Shown here one piece after another: positions 8,154 through 17,869 of a DNA stretch of 64,000 nt (positions are counted from its first letter, which is position 1; the number at the start of each line of letters is the position of its first letter). Below the pieces are notes generated by a model. It ran no database searches. It worked only from the letters and a program-made list of their open reading frames with translations, and had not been told where the DNA came from. The stretch covers positions 928,001 to 992,000 of the forward strand of contig JBGARZ010000001.1 of assembly GCA_044229975.1 (NCBI GenBank), in the 5' to 3' direction. This stretch comes from Polyangiales bacterium (GTDB lineage: Bacteria; Myxococcota_A; Polyangia; Polyangiales; Ga0077539). The position numbers and the translations under genes are program-made.

Positions 8154-9446
8154 TCACACCCGGTCGCTCGCCGGTGTGCTGCATGGTTCAGAGGGTGACG
8201 CGTGTAAAGGTGCGCCGTCTCGCCGTCGCCGGAGGGTCACGAGCTCTCCGCCGTCGGCTTTGTTCCCGTGCGCCGGACGGAGCCACTCGAACCTCCGCGC
8301 GAGGGCCTCGTCACCCGGGCTACGCACGTCGCGCTCGGGTCGGATGACCCCGCTCGCCACGATGGAAAACGGGCCCACCGCCGGATCGCGGTCGGGGCCG
8401 CAGTCCGCCGACGGCGGGAGCACATCCAGGCCGCCGGCCGCCGCGGCATACCGAGCGCGAGCGCGGGCGCAGGCCGAGGCGTAGGGCCCCAGGTAGTCGC
8501 CGCCCTCGTGGAGCGCCGTCGCGTGGCAGCGCTGACAGGCCGGAAGCAGGTCGCAGTCCCGACAGCCGTGAATCCGCGACCAGGTCAAGCCCTCGAACAG
8601 CGCCCGCTCGGGCGCCGCATCGAGCGCCGCGGAGAGGGACTCGCGCGTGAGGTCGGCGAGGATGGATGGGGTATCTGTGCACGCTTGCAGCCGCCCGTCG
8701 GGCAGCACGACGAGGCCCGAGCGGCCGACCCCGCACGGATACTTCGCGAGCTTCTCGGCGCGCGCCGCTTCGGCATCGGCGGGCGGCGACCAGGGTTGGA
8801 GCAAGCCCTCGCGCAGCAGGTCTTCCGGGGTGACCCGAACGGCCCATGGGTCGTCCGCGCCGTCTTCGCGCATCGTGAGGTCGGTCGAGGGGTGATGCTC
8901 GCAGCCGAGCCGCAGGGCGAGGGCCTCGACGGAGCGTGTCCCCTTGAGCGAGAGCGTGGTGGCGGGCGTCTTGAGCACCACCCGCACACCGCGCTCGCGG
9001 AGGGCCGAGATGGCGCCCGCCGTGCGAACGAAGGAGCCCGGAACGCGGGTGACGGCGTCGTGCTCGGCCGCCTCTCCCGAGTAGAGGCTGATGTGGACTT
9101 CGAGCAGGCCGATGAGCGCCAGCGCGTCGGCGTAGGCCGCGTCGATGAGGAACCCATTGGTGAAGAGCCGCACCGCGAATCCACGGCCGCGCGCGTGGCG
9201 CAGGATGTCGAGCAGGTCGGGCCGCAGCGTCGCCTCGCCGCCGCTCACGTTGAGCGTGAACACCCCTGCGTCAGCGATGCCGTCGATGACTCCGCGGAGC
9301 TCGTCGAGGGACAGCTCGCCCTTCTCGCCCTGCACCTGGTAGCAGTGCTGGCAGGCGTGGTTGCAGCGGTCGGCCACCTGGAGGTGAACGCCCATGGGCC
9401 GCCCCTGCCGCGTGGCGAGCGAGCGCAGGAGGTCGGAGCCCTTCAC
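8154..9446 (-). CDS. Radical SAM/SPASM peptide maturase
   Basis: CNHACQHC, SGGEA, FTNG, ISLY; SPASM cysteines CGVG...DGRLQAC and CRDCDLLPACQRC...C; GTG start overlaps PqqD stop (GTGA). Confidence 0.92.
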   Translation of the reverse strand: MKGSDLLRSLATRQGRPMGVHLQVADRCNHACQHCYQVQGEKGELSLDELRGVIDGIADAGVFTLNVSGGEATLRPDLLDILRHARGRGFAVRLFTNGFLIDAAYADALALIGLLEVHISLYSGEAAEHDAVTRVPGSFVRTAGAISALRERGVRVVLKTPATTLSLKGTRSVEALALRLGCEHHPSTDLTMREDGADDPWAVRVTPEDLLREGLLQPWSPPADAEAARAEKLAKYPCGVGRSGLVVLPDGRLQACTDTPSILADLTRESLSAALDAAPERALFEGLTWSRIHGCRDCDLLPACQRCHATALHEGGDYLGPYASACARARARYAAAAGGLDVLPPSADCGPDRDPAVGPFSIVASGVIRPERDVRSPGDEALARRFEWLRPAHGNKADGGELVTLRRRRDGAPLHASPSEPCSTPASDRV

Positions 9447-9724
9447 GGGGCCTCCACCGCGGGGCGCAGGAGGCCGCGGGCCACGAGGTCGTCGAGGAAG
9501 GCCACCACGTCGGCGTTGGCGGTGGCCTCGTCGACCGCGAAGCGCTCGCGCACGGCGGCCACGAGCTGGTCGATGGTGGCGCCGTCGCAGCGCTCCCAGA
9601 GGAAGCTCCCGACGGCGTTGAAGAGGCGCACCCGGCTGGTGTCGAGGGAGATCACCGCCACCTGGTCGTCGTAGCGTCGCCAGACCGCATCGCGTGCGTG
9701 GTGGACGGTTCGTTGGGCGTTCAT
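9443..9724 (-). CDS. PqqD family RiPP recognition element (RRE)
   Basis: 93 aa; FNAVGSFLWERCDG.TIDQLV...RFAVDEATANADVVAFLDDLVARGLL. Confidence 0.93.
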   Translation of the reverse strand: MNAQRTVHHARDAVWRRYDDQVAVISLDTSRVRLFNAVGSFLWERCDGATIDQLVAAVRERFAVDEATANADVVAFLDDLVARGLLRPAVEAP

Positions 9725-10482
9725 GGCGGTGAGGTCGTCGGGTGGAGGGCGGTGTCGAGGGCCGCAAGATAGCCCGGCCCCCAGGGCAAGCCTAGCGTCA
9801 AAGCCCGCACGCGGCCGCCCAACGAGAGGGCGACGCCCGCCCGGACTCGTGCGTGGGGGTCCTCTCCCCGGGGGCGCGTCACATGAGACATCAGGCGCAT
9901 CGTTGCCGTAGAGCCCGGCATCCATTCAACCGTGGCCAGGGAATGGCGATGGACGAAGGCCAGGGCCACGAGCGGCGAGCGATCGGGCGCCTCCAGCTCG
10001 GGCGCGGCCTCGCGGTTGAACGGCATCGCGCGCACCCTCATCGACGAAGGCCCGTCGCCCCCTTCGACGAGCACCGAGTTGGACGCGAAGGCCCGCTCGC
10101 CCGCCGCGCGCACGGCGGTGGTCTTGCCCACCCCGGGTGCGGCGATCAGCAGCGCGACCCCGCCCTCGACCCGCACCGCCCCGGCGTGCAGGAGGAAGCA
10201 CCCGTGGAGGGGCGCGTCGCGCGCGACCAGCTCGCACACCGCGGCCAGCCACGGTGCGTGCCGGGCGGGGTCATCGATGATGGTGAGCTGATCGTGGTCA
10301 GGGTGCGCGGTGAGCGCGAAGCCGACCTCGGCATCGGTGGGGAGCGTGGGCGCCAACGAGACCGTCACGCGGCGCGCATCGACCGGTGGGTCGCAGAGCC
10401 ACGGTCGCAGAAGCGGATGGGGCGGCGGCCCTTCGAGGGCGAGCGCAACGGGACCGAAGCGCAAGCCGTAGGCAGCGCTCAC
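9721..10482 (-). CDS. HprK-related P-loop kinase-like protein 2 (Asp-Asp motif lost)
   Basis: FLLHAGAV...LLIAAPGVGKTT; ASNSVLV where SDD is expected; GTG start overlaps previous stop. Confidence 0.75.
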   Translation of the reverse strand: MSAAYGLRFGPVALALEGPPPHPLLRPWLCDPPVDARRVTVSLAPTLPTDAEVGFALTAHPDHDQLTIIDDPARHAPWLAAVCELVARDAPLHGCFLLHAGAVRVEGGVALLIAAPGVGKTTAVRAAGERAFASNSVLVEGGDGPSSMRVRAMPFNREAAPELEAPDRSPLVALAFVHRHSLATVEWMPGSTATMRLMSHVTRPRGEDPHARVRAGVALSLGGRVRALTLGLPWGPGYLAALDTALHPTTSPP

Positions 10483-11318
10483 GCGAGCCAGCGGTCGAGC
10501 AGCGGCAGCACCGGCGCCTCGCGCGGCAGGGCCAGCGTCACACACGGAACGGCGCCGACGAGGTGATGCGCGTGGTCGAGCAGCGACGCGGCCGCGGGGT
10601 CGCCCTGCGCGAACCACACCATCGACTGGAGCGCGTCGGCGAAGGCGGCCGACGGGGAGCACGCGCCGACCGCGAGCGTGTCGGCCTTGCGGAGAAACAC
10701 CAGCGCCCGCAGACGCGCCCGACGCGGGACCGTGGGTCGTCGCCACTCGCCGACGAAGGGCAGCGAGAGGGCGTCCCACCCATCGGCCGTGCGACGGATG
10801 GCGACGAGGTCGTCGGACAGAACGTGGGCCTCGGGGAGCTTGCGCGCGGTGGTGGTCTTGCCGCCGCCCGAGCGGGCGATGAAGAGCACCGCCCCGCGCT
10901 CGTCGGCGTAGCCGCAGGCGTGGACCATCGCTCCCTGGCGGGACGGGAGCTCGGTCGCAAGCTGGAGGCGCAGGGGCGTGTCGATGGGCGTGACGTCGTC
11001 CATGGGGACGTCGGTGTGGACGGTCGGACGCACGAGCGCTGTCGCGCGATGTCGACCCAGATGGACACGCGTCTCGCCGTCGGGTCGGAGGAAGCGCAGC
11101 GCGCCGTCGGGCTCGCGCCGCACGTCGACCCCCGGGAAGCGGTTGAGCACCGGCTCCGGCAGCGACCACGCGGGGTCGACGGTGATGTCGAGGTGCAGGT
11201 CGGGCGCCGCGCCGTCGTCGAGCGCGACGTAGCGACCGAAGCGCAGGTCGGCGTGACCCTCGTGGATGGGCCCGGTGGTGGCGACGGCGACGCGCAGCCC
11301 GGCGATGTCGAGGATCAC
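10479..11318 (-). CDS. HprK-related P-loop kinase 1
   Basis: MVHACG, LFIARSGGGKTT (Walker A), LSDDLVAI, LPFVGE. Confidence 0.85.
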   Translation of the reverse strand: MILDIAGLRVAVATTGPIHEGHADLRFGRYVALDDGAAPDLHLDITVDPAWSLPEPVLNRFPGVDVRREPDGALRFLRPDGETRVHLGRHRATALVRPTVHTDVPMDDVTPIDTPLRLQLATELPSRQGAMVHACGYADERGAVLFIARSGGGKTTTARKLPEAHVLSDDLVAIRRTADGWDALSLPFVGEWRRPTVPRRARLRALVFLRKADTLAVGACSPSAAFADALQSMVWFAQGDPAAASLLDHAHHLVGAVPCVTLALPREAPVLPLLDRWLA

Positions 11319-11710
11319 GCGAACACCCCACGCAGCGCAGCGAGCGCGACACGACCGAGGGCCCGCAGCTCACGACGACGCGGCCACCGAAGCGAGAGCG
11401 GTCGTTGCTCGACCACGGCCGCGCGACCGAGCACGTCGCCCCAGGACACGGCACCGTCATCGCGCGACAGGGCATCACCGCGGCAGGTCGGCCCCGCGGG
11501 CCCCAGGGAGGCGACCCGATGCACCACGAGGGCGCCTCCGCGGGAGTAGGCGATGACCTCGCCGACGCGGACGGCGCGCGGGTCGCACGGGGTCACCAGC
11601 ACGCTCGCCCCGTCGCGGACGGTCGGCCACATGCTCGCGCCGCGAACGACCCAACGGGTGGGGCGGCCTTCGCGGAGAGAGTCGACGATCACGCGTTCGG
11701 CGAGGCCCAT
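11315..11710 (-). CDS. S24/S26 family peptidase (soluble, Ser/His type)
   Basis: VRGASMWPTVRDG, GEVIAY, LVVHRV, RGDA...DVLGR; no TM anchor; ATG 11710. Confidence 0.85.
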   Translation of the reverse strand: MGLAERVIVDSLREGRPTRWVVRGASMWPTVRDGASVLVTPCDPRAVRVGEVIAYSRGGALVVHRVASLGPAGPTCRGDALSRDDGAVSWGDVLGRAAVVEQRPLSLRWPRRRELRALGRVALAALRGVFA

Positions 11711-11748
11711 CGTTGGTGCCGCTACGTTGCCAGCCTGAGGCCCGCGGT

Positions 11749-12633
11749 TCAACGCCAGTGACGGCAGACGGGCTTGAAGACACACGCCGTGCAGTCACCA
11801 GCGACGGGCTTGTCGGGGCACGGGCCGTCGATGCCCTTGTGGCAGAGCGTGAAGTCGTACTGCACCGGGTCGTCGGGGTTGAGGCGACGGAGGCTCGCGG
11901 TGATCTCCAGGGCGGTGCGCCACGAGGCGTCGGTGCGCGTCGTGAGCCCGAGGTTGTGCGCGATGCGCCCGATGTGAACGTCGACCGGGATGATGAGCGC
12001 CGACGCCGGGATCACCTCCGTGAGCCCAAGGTCGACCCCGGAGCGTCGAACCACCCAGCGCAGAAACAGCATGAGGCGTTTCGACGCGCTCGACCCGACG
12101 GGGTCGGGCAGGAGGTGCTTCTGGGTGCGGTCGGGTCCGTTGGGCCACGCGATGGCGCGCAGCGAAGCGACCCACTGCCCGAGGGCCGCACTCAGGTCGG
12201 GGCGGGATGACTCCCAGGCGCGTTCGAGAGGGGCGAGCACCCTGCCCTCGGCGCGGTACTGCTGCCCGATCGCGACGAGCAGGTCGGCGATGTCGGCGCC
12301 GCGAAAGGTGCGGTGCACGAAGCCCGCGAGGCGCGCTCGCAGCTCGTCCCGAGACGCTCCCGCAACGACCGCGATGGGCGACCGACTCGTCGATACGGTG
12401 AGCAGCGTGAGCAGCTCTTCGAGCTTGTCGATGATGGTGTCGACGCGGCCGAAGGCCATCAGCGCCGAGAGCAGCGCGACCAGCGCCCGATCGTCAGGGT
12501 CAGCGTAGCGGTGCGGGAACTTCAGCGGGTCGCGGTCGAGCGCCCGCTGGTGATCGAAGCTCCGGTGGTGCTCTCCGACGGCGCGCAACACGTCGTCCAT
12601 CGGAGCGGGCTTGCGAGCACGGGCCCTGGCCAT
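11749..12633 (-). CDS. TIGR02757/DUF2400 family protein (HhH-GPD-like, C-terminal Cys cluster)
   Basis: DPLKFPHRY, AFGRV, SASKRLMLFLRWVVR, VDLG, IPVDVH, DPVQYDFTLCH, C-terminal Cys cluster. Confidence 0.85.
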   Translation of the reverse strand: MARARARKPAPMDDVLRAVGEHHRSFDHQRALDRDPLKFPHRYADPDDRALVALLSALMAFGRVDTIIDKLEELLTLLTVSTSRSPIAVVAGASRDELRARLAGFVHRTFRGADIADLLVAIGQQYRAEGRVLAPLERAWESSRPDLSAALGQWVASLRAIAWPNGPDRTQKHLLPDPVGSSASKRLMLFLRWVVRRSGVDLGLTEVIPASALIIPVDVHIGRIAHNLGLTTRTDASWRTALEITASLRRLNPDDPVQYDFTLCHKGIDGPCPDKPVAGDCTACVFKPVCRHWR

Positions 12634-12699
12634 GGCGCGGGGATACCACGGCCGCGCGCACCGTGTTTCGAGGTGTCGCCGCGGGGGCGGTTGGCGATA

Positions 12700-14025
12700 G
12701 TGTCCCGCGCCGTGTCGAGAGCGAAGCTGGCCGCGTGGATGCTGACGACGTGGGCGCTGACGACGTCGGCGCTGCAAGGCACAGCGTGGGCCCTCGACCC
12801 GCTCGCCAAGGGCCCGTGGTTGATGGACCTCCGCACCGACAGCGTCGTGGTGATGGCCGAGCGGCGGAGCACCGGGAGGCTGGCGGTGACGGCGGTTCCG
12901 CAGGGGCCTGGTGGCGACCTCGCGACGGGGTCGGTGACGGCGCGCGCCGGGGTCGATGCGCTGCTCCATGAGCTCACCCTCTCGGGGCTTCAGCCTGGCA
13001 CCCGCTACCGCTACGAGGTGTCGGCCCCCGACGTCGAGCCCGTCGGCGGGACCTTCGGCACCGCGCCGACGACCCCAGGGCCCTTTCGCTTCATCATCTA
13101 CGGCGACACGCGCAGCCACGCTCGGCCGCACGCCGCGGTGGTCGACGCCATCCGGCGCGAGGCCGGGGAGTTCGCGGTGCACACCGGCGACCTCGTCGAG
13201 GACGGTCGCGACGAGGACGACTGGCAACGCTTCTTCGACATCGAAGCACCGCTGTTGCGATCAACGCCCTTCGTCCCTGTGATCGGCAACCACGAGATCG
13301 CGGTGCAGTTCTCCAGCGGCATCGACAACTACCGCCGCTACGTCCACGTCGCGCCGGGCGGGCCGAGCGCCGAGCTCGACTCGGTGTTTCGCTACGGCAA
13401 CACCCGCTTCGTGCTGGCCAACTCGTACGACGACTGGTCGGGCGCCGCGCGCGACTGGCTCGACCGGGAGCTCTCGCGCGCCCGCAGTGAAGGGCCCGAC
13501 GACTGGCTCTTCGTCGTCATGCACTGGGGCGCCCGCTCGTCGGGTCCTCACGGCGACAACCGCCTCGTCGAGCGCGCGGGCGTCGACACCATCCTGCGGC
13601 GCCACCGGGTCGACCTGCTCATCTCCGGGCACGACCACGCCTACGAGCGCGGTGACGATCGGGGGCTGCGCTTCATGGTGAGCGGCGGCGGCGGCGCGCC
13701 TCTCTACGAGCGCGAACAGGTGCGGGCGATGACCCGGGTGTTTGCGTCCGAGCACCACTACGTGCGCGCCGAGGTCGAGCGCGAGCGCATCGTCTTCACC
13801 ACGCTGCGTCCCGACGGCACCGCCCTCGACCGGGCCACCCTCCACCACGGCGGGTGGACCGACATGAACGCCGTCGAGCCTGAGCAACCGAGGCCGCGAC
13901 CGCCCGCAGCCCCGCCCGAACCACCGACGCCGCCCGAAGACTGGACCTGGCTCTGGAAGGTCGTCCCGGCGCTCGCGGCGGTCGGAGGCGGCGCGTGGTG
14001 GCTGCGCCGACGTTCGCGAGGCTGA
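12700..14025 (+). CDS. Secreted purple-acid-phosphatase-like metallophosphoesterase with FN3 domain and C-terminal membrane anchor
   Basis: [40 protein letters not shown]; Pro-rich linker, TM, RRR; start approximate. Confidence 0.85.
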   Translation: MSRAVSRAKLAAWMLTTWALTTSALQGTAWALDPLAKGPWLMDLRTDSVVVMAERRSTGRLAVTAVPQGPGGDLATGSVTARAGVDALLHELTLSGLQPGTRYRYEVSAPDVEPVGGTFGTAPTTPGPFRFIIYGDTRSHARPHAAVVDAIRREAGEFAVHTGDLVEDGRDEDDWQRFFDIEAPLLRSTPFVPVIGNHEIAVQFSSGIDNYRRYVHVAPGGPSAELDSVFRYGNTRFVLANSYDDWSGAARDWLDRELSRARSEGPDDWLFVVMHWGARSSGPHGDNRLVERAGVDTILRRHRVDLLISGHDHAYERGDDRGLRFMVSGGGGAPLYEREQVRAMTRVFASEHHYVRAEVERERIVFTTLRPDGTALDRATLHHGGWTDMNAVEPEQPRPRPPAAPPEPPTPPEDWTWLWKVVPALAAVGGGAWWLRRRSRG

Positions 14026-14065
14026 GGGCTGTATCCAGATGCCGCCTCGCGACGTAGACGGCGGC

Positions 14066-14620
14066 ATGAACCGACGTCACTGGCTTCAAGGGATTTTCGG
14101 GATGGCCGCGACGGCGGCGTGTTCGCGCGCGGGGGCGTGGGTGCCGGGGCGCGCATCGTCACTGCCCGAGGCTTCGGTGATTCCGAGCCGCGCGGCCAAC
14201 GGGGACGCGGGCGTCGACCCCCCGGTGGGCGAGCGCGTCACGCTGGCCGATGCGGAGTGGCGACGGCGCCTCGGCAGCGAGCGCTACCACGTCATGCGCG
14301 AGGAGGGCACCGAGCGCGCCTTCTCGGGTGCGTACTGGGACCACCACGCCGCGGGCACCTACCGCTGCGCGGGCTGCGGGGCGCCGCTCTTCCGCTCGAC
14401 GGACAAGTTCGAGTCGGGCACCGGGTGGCCAAGCTTCACGCGGCCCGCCCAGGACGGCCGGGTCGACGAGCGCGTCGATGCGTCCATGGGGATGACGCGC
14501 ACGGAGGTCCACTGCGCGCGCTGCGGCGGGCACCTGGGTCACGTCTTCGACGACGGCCCCGCCCCGACGGGGATGCGGTACTGCATCAACTCGGTGTCGA
14601 TCACCTTCCAGGGGCGGTAG
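14066..14620 (+). CDS. msrB: Peptide-methionine (R)-S-oxide reductase with Tat signal
   Basis: [49 protein letters not shown]-terminus MNRRHWL...AATAAC. Confidence 0.95.
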   Translation: MNRRHWLQGIFGMAATAACSRAGAWVPGRASSLPEASVIPSRAANGDAGVDPPVGERVTLADAEWRRRLGSERYHVMREEGTERAFSGAYWDHHAAGTYRCAGCGAPLFRSTDKFESGTGWPSFTRPAQDGRVDERVDASMGMTRTEVHCARCGGHLGHVFDDGPAPTGMRYCINSVSITFQGR

Positions 14621-15710
14621 CGTCCCCGGTCCCGGGCAGCGGGCACGCGTAGCGCTGGAGCACCGTCCGCGGCGACGTGTGCGACGTGTCGCGCGAGAGC
14701 AGCAGGACGGTCGACGGCGCCTCCACCACGAAGGTGGCCGGTCCCGGCAGGTGACTGCGCACCGCGATGAGCACCGACGCGCTGCCATCGGGCAGGAGCC
14801 GCGCGAGGAGGGTCTGTCGGCCGTTGGTCGGGGCGCTGACGAGCGCGAGCACGACCTCGTCGTCGAAGGCGAGCGCATCGAGGTGGGCGCGCGGCGCGAC
14901 GGCCGGGTCGGCGAGGGCCGTGGGCGCGGCGACGGCGGGGCTGCGGAGGAGCATCGGGTTGCCCTGCGGGTTGATCTGCGCGGCGAGCACCGCGCCGCCG
15001 AGGCGCACCGGGCCCAGCGCGCCGATGGGCCAGCGGGAGCGCGCGACCTCTGATCCGTCGGCGCGGAGCGTGAGCACCCACGGGTCCACCGCGGGGTCGT
15101 CGGGGTCGACGCGCAGGGTCGCGGTGCCGGTCCCGTCGAAGCGCAGCGCGCGCACCGCCGGCTGATCGAGCGCCACCCTCGATGGGCCGTGCGGAACCGA
15201 GTGGGCGTTGAGGGCCATCACCCGGACCTCCGTCGGGTGCGACCACGCGAGCAGCGCGCCCGTAGGCGTGACCGACGTGACGGCGAGCGCCGACACCGGG
15301 GCAGCGAGGTGCTCGACGACGCGCGGGACGTTCTGCGCGGCGAAGGCGTTGGAGAGGCGGGCGACGACGAGGTCATGCTCGCGCTCGACGTAGGCGATCG
15401 CGAGGCCCGTCGGGGTGCGCCCGAGGGCGAAGGCCCCGACGGCCTCACCGAGCACGCGAGGCGATTCGAGGAAGCGCAGGTCGGGTGCGAAGCGCTGAAC
15501 GCGGAGGGTTCCTGCGCGGCTGCGCCAGGCGACCACGGTGACGTCGCCGATCGCGAGCAGGGCGGGCGGCGCGCGCGGGTCGATGTCGTCGTCGGCGGTG
15601 ATCGCGGCGTGGGCGGTGATGGCGCAGCGAGGATGTGCGGGTGGACGGAGCTGCGCGCCGAGCGGCGCCGCGCAGGTGAGGGCGATGGCGAAGGCGAGGG
15701 CCCGTCGCAT
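14601..15710 (-). CDS. Secreted hypothetical protein (beta-rich)
   Basis: Signal peptide [23 protein letters not shown] overlaps upstream stop (TGATG). Confidence 0.6.
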   Translation of the reverse strand: MRRALAFAIALTCAAPLGAQLRPPAHPRCAITAHAAITADDDIDPRAPPALLAIGDVTVVAWRSRAGTLRVQRFAPDLRFLESPRVLGEAVGAFALGRTPTGLAIAYVEREHDLVVARLSNAFAAQNVPRVVEHLAAPVSALAVTSVTPTGALLAWSHPTEVRVMALNAHSVPHGPSRVALDQPAVRALRFDGTGTATLRVDPDDPAVDPWVLTLRADGSEVARSRWPIGALGPVRLGGAVLAAQINPQGNPMLLRSPAVAAPTALADPAVAPRAHLDALAFDDEVVLALVSAPTNGRQTLLARLLPDGSASVLIAVRSHLPGPATFVVEAPSTVLLLSRDTSHTSPRTVLQRYACPLPGTGDATAPGR

Positions 15711-16675
15711 CACCGGAGGGACGCGCGGTACCGGCGGCCCTGGCCGACGACGGTGGTGGTGAGCGGCCAGTTGCCAACGCGGGTGACGTTGACGTTGTAC
15801 GGGAGCACCGAGAGCAGCGCCTGACCGGGCGCGATCGGCGGGAGCTCGGCGAGGGCGCGCGCGGGGATGACGGCCCGCCCGGCGTTGCCGTAGCCCTGCA
15901 CGCTCGCACGGTAGCTGCGCGACTCGCCCGAGCTGTCGTCGTTGAGCGAGAGCACCACCCAGACCTCCCGCGCGGCGTTGGGCACCCACTCGATGACGAA
16001 GTCGCGGTCACGCGCGATGACGACGTCGGGGTCGGAGCCAGGCGACAGCACCACGAGCGCAGGCGGCACTTCGAGCGTGAGGTCGATGGCGGGCACGTCG
16101 CGCGTGCCGGGCGCCGTCACCCGCACGGTGCGCGGACCAGGAAACTGCGGCTGGTTGTTGAAGTACGGGCTGTACTGCCCGCTGCCCTGGAGGCGCAGCG
16201 TGACGGGCGCGAGGCCGCCGTTGATGGAGAGAATCCCGGCGTTGGGGAAGGTGCGCGGGTGCGGGTCGACGGGGCCGGCGCCGTCATTGCTGCACACGAT
16301 AAAGTCCCAGCTCCCGGCCGAGCGCTGGGAGCAGCGGAGGTCATCGGGATAGGGCACGTAGCGGAACGTCGCGCTCGCGTAGGTGCTGTCGTTGAGGTCG
16401 CCGGAGTTGCTGCCGACGTAGAGGGTTCCGTAGCGCTGGTCGAAGACGGTGGCGTCAGCGAAGGGCGAGGCTCCGGCGTCGGCGAGGCCCGCGTCGGGGG
16501 AGATGACGCCGGCCTCGACGGGACGGAAGGGGTCGAGCCCGTCGGGGTTGAAGCCGGGCGGAACGTCTTGCGCGAGGCCAGAGTCGGGCCCGGTGGCGGA
16601 GGTTCCGTCGACGGTAGCGGCGCAGGCGACGAGGTGCAGTGAGAAGCCAAGCAGCGCGACGACAGGAGGGCGCAT
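15710..16675 (-). CDS. Hypothetical lipoprotein
   Basis: Lipobox LVAC, DSG/DAG linker, beta-rich C-terminal domain. Confidence 0.65.
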   Translation of the reverse strand: MRPPVVALLGFSLHLVACAATVDGTSATGPDSGLAQDVPPGFNPDGLDPFRPVEAGVISPDAGLADAGASPFADATVFDQRYGTLYVGSNSGDLNDSTYASATFRYVPYPDDLRCSQRSAGSWDFIVCSNDGAGPVDPHPRTFPNAGILSINGGLAPVTLRLQGSGQYSPYFNNQPQFPGPRTVRVTAPGTRDVPAIDLTLEVPPALVVLSPGSDPDVVIARDRDFVIEWVPNAAREVWVVLSLNDDSSGESRSYRASVQGYGNAGRAVIPARALAELPPIAPGQALLSVLPYNVNVTRVGNWPLTTTVVGQGRRYRASLR

Positions 16676-16732
16676 GAGGCGGGAGTCTGGGTGAAGCGCC
16701 GCGCCGTGGTCAATCGGGCGCGCGGGCCGTGA

Positions 16733-17869
16733 TCAGAGGTCCTTGGTGTACATGCGGTAGCGCTTGTAGATCTTCGCGCCCATGGCGGCGATGCCGCTGT
16801 TGATGGGCGAGTCGTCCTCGCGGGTCCACGACAGCTCGCCCCACTGGTAGCCCTTCTTGGCGCCGCGGTCGGCGACCTCGGCGTACATCGCGGCCGAAAG
16901 CGGCATGTACTTACGGACGCCCCGGAGTTCTTTGCGGATGCCGAGGAGCATGAGGCGCGCGGACTTCGGCCGCGTCCACTTGAGGCGGTAGAACGCCTTC
17001 AAGATGCCGAAGGGGAATTCCTTGCCGCCGATGTCGCGGATGCACTCGTTCATGTTTGGCAGCAGGATGCACATCCCCATCGGCTTGCCATCGACCTCCG
17101 CGATGAACGCGAGGTCGGGGTCGATGATGAGCTTCAGGTCATCGGCCATCTTGTCGAGCTCGTCGGGCAGCGCCGGGACGAAGCCCCACTTGCCCTCCCA
17201 GGCGTCGTTGTAGATGTCCATGATGATCTTGATCTCGTCGCGCATCTTCGACGTGTCGACCGACCGCAGCTTGAGCTCGGGGATGGCCTTCATGTCCTGC
17301 CACGCCTTCTCCACCCGCTTCGGAAGCGTCCCCACGTCATAGCGCCACGCATAGAGGTCCTTCTCCTTGGTGAGACCCCACGCCTCGGTGACGCGCCCCT
17401 GCCACGTCCGCGAGTGCGCCATCAAGAGCTGCGGCGGCGAGTCGAAGCCCTCCACCAGCGTGCCGATCTCCTCGTTGGCGTAGAGCCCGAACGGCCCGCT
17501 CATGCGGGTCATGCCCTTCGCCTTCAACCACTCCGCCGCGCGGGACAGCAGCGCCGCCCCCACCGCGTCGTCGTCGATGGTGTCGAAGAGGCCGTAGAAG
17601 CCGGTCTTCTCCTTCCAGACCTTGTTGTGCTCGTGGTCGATGGAGGCCGTGATGCGACCCACCAGCTTGCCGTCGCGCTTGGCCACGAAATACACGGCCT
17701 CGCCGCGCTTGAAGAAGGGGTTCTTCTTCGGGTCGAGGCGCGGCTTGATGTCGAAGAACTCCAGCGGCGGGACGAAGTGGGGGTCGCCCTTGAACACCTC
17801 GTGTGCCGCGTCGATGAACTCGCGGGGATCGCTCCCCGCCGCAATCTCCCGGATCTCGATCTCACCCAT
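16733..17869 (-). CDS. YghO-like GNAT-fold N-acetyltransferase
   Basis: DPHFVPPL, NPFF, VGRITA, GFYGLFD, GTLVEGF, ELSWTREDD..IN, KRYRMY; ATG 17869. Confidence 0.75.
   Translation of the reverse strand: MGEIEIREIAAGSDPREFIDAAHEVFKGDPHFVPPLEFFDIKPRLDPKKNPFFKRGEAVYFVAKRDGKLVGRITASIDHEHNKVWKEKTGFYGLFDTIDDDAVGAALLSRAAEWLKAKGMTRMSGPFGLYANEEIGTLVEGFDSPPQLLMAHSRTWQGRVTEAWGLTKEKDLYAWRYDVGTLPKRVEKAWQDMKAIPELKLRSVDTSKMRDEIKIIMDIYNDAWEGKWGFVPALPDELDKMADDLKLIIDPDLAFIAEVDGKPMGMCILLPNMNECIRDIGGKEFPFGILKAFYRLKWTRPKSARLMLLGIRKELRGVRKYMPLSAAMYAEVADRGAKKGYQWGELSWTREDDSPINSGIAAMGAKIYKRYRMYTKDL

Noticed and set aside
8154..9724. PQQ or mycofactocin biosynthesis
   Set aside because: No pqqB/pqqC or mft accessory genes; the peptide lacks the C-terminal ExxxY (PqqA) and IDGxCGVY (MftA) motifs.
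9708..9726. Shared CCATGAACGCCCA(A/G)CGAAC (MNAQRT) at the PqqD start and at 37526-37544
   Set aside because: An 18/19 match is plausible by chance in 64 kb of high-GC DNA, is partly forced by the ATGA overlap, and similarity does not extend.
4098..11710. Lasso peptide cluster (YxxP leader, RRE, kinase, nucleotidyltransferase)
   Set aside because: No asparagine-synthetase-like cyclase and no transglutaminase-like B2 protease in the window; an rSAM/SPASM and an S26 peptidase are present instead.
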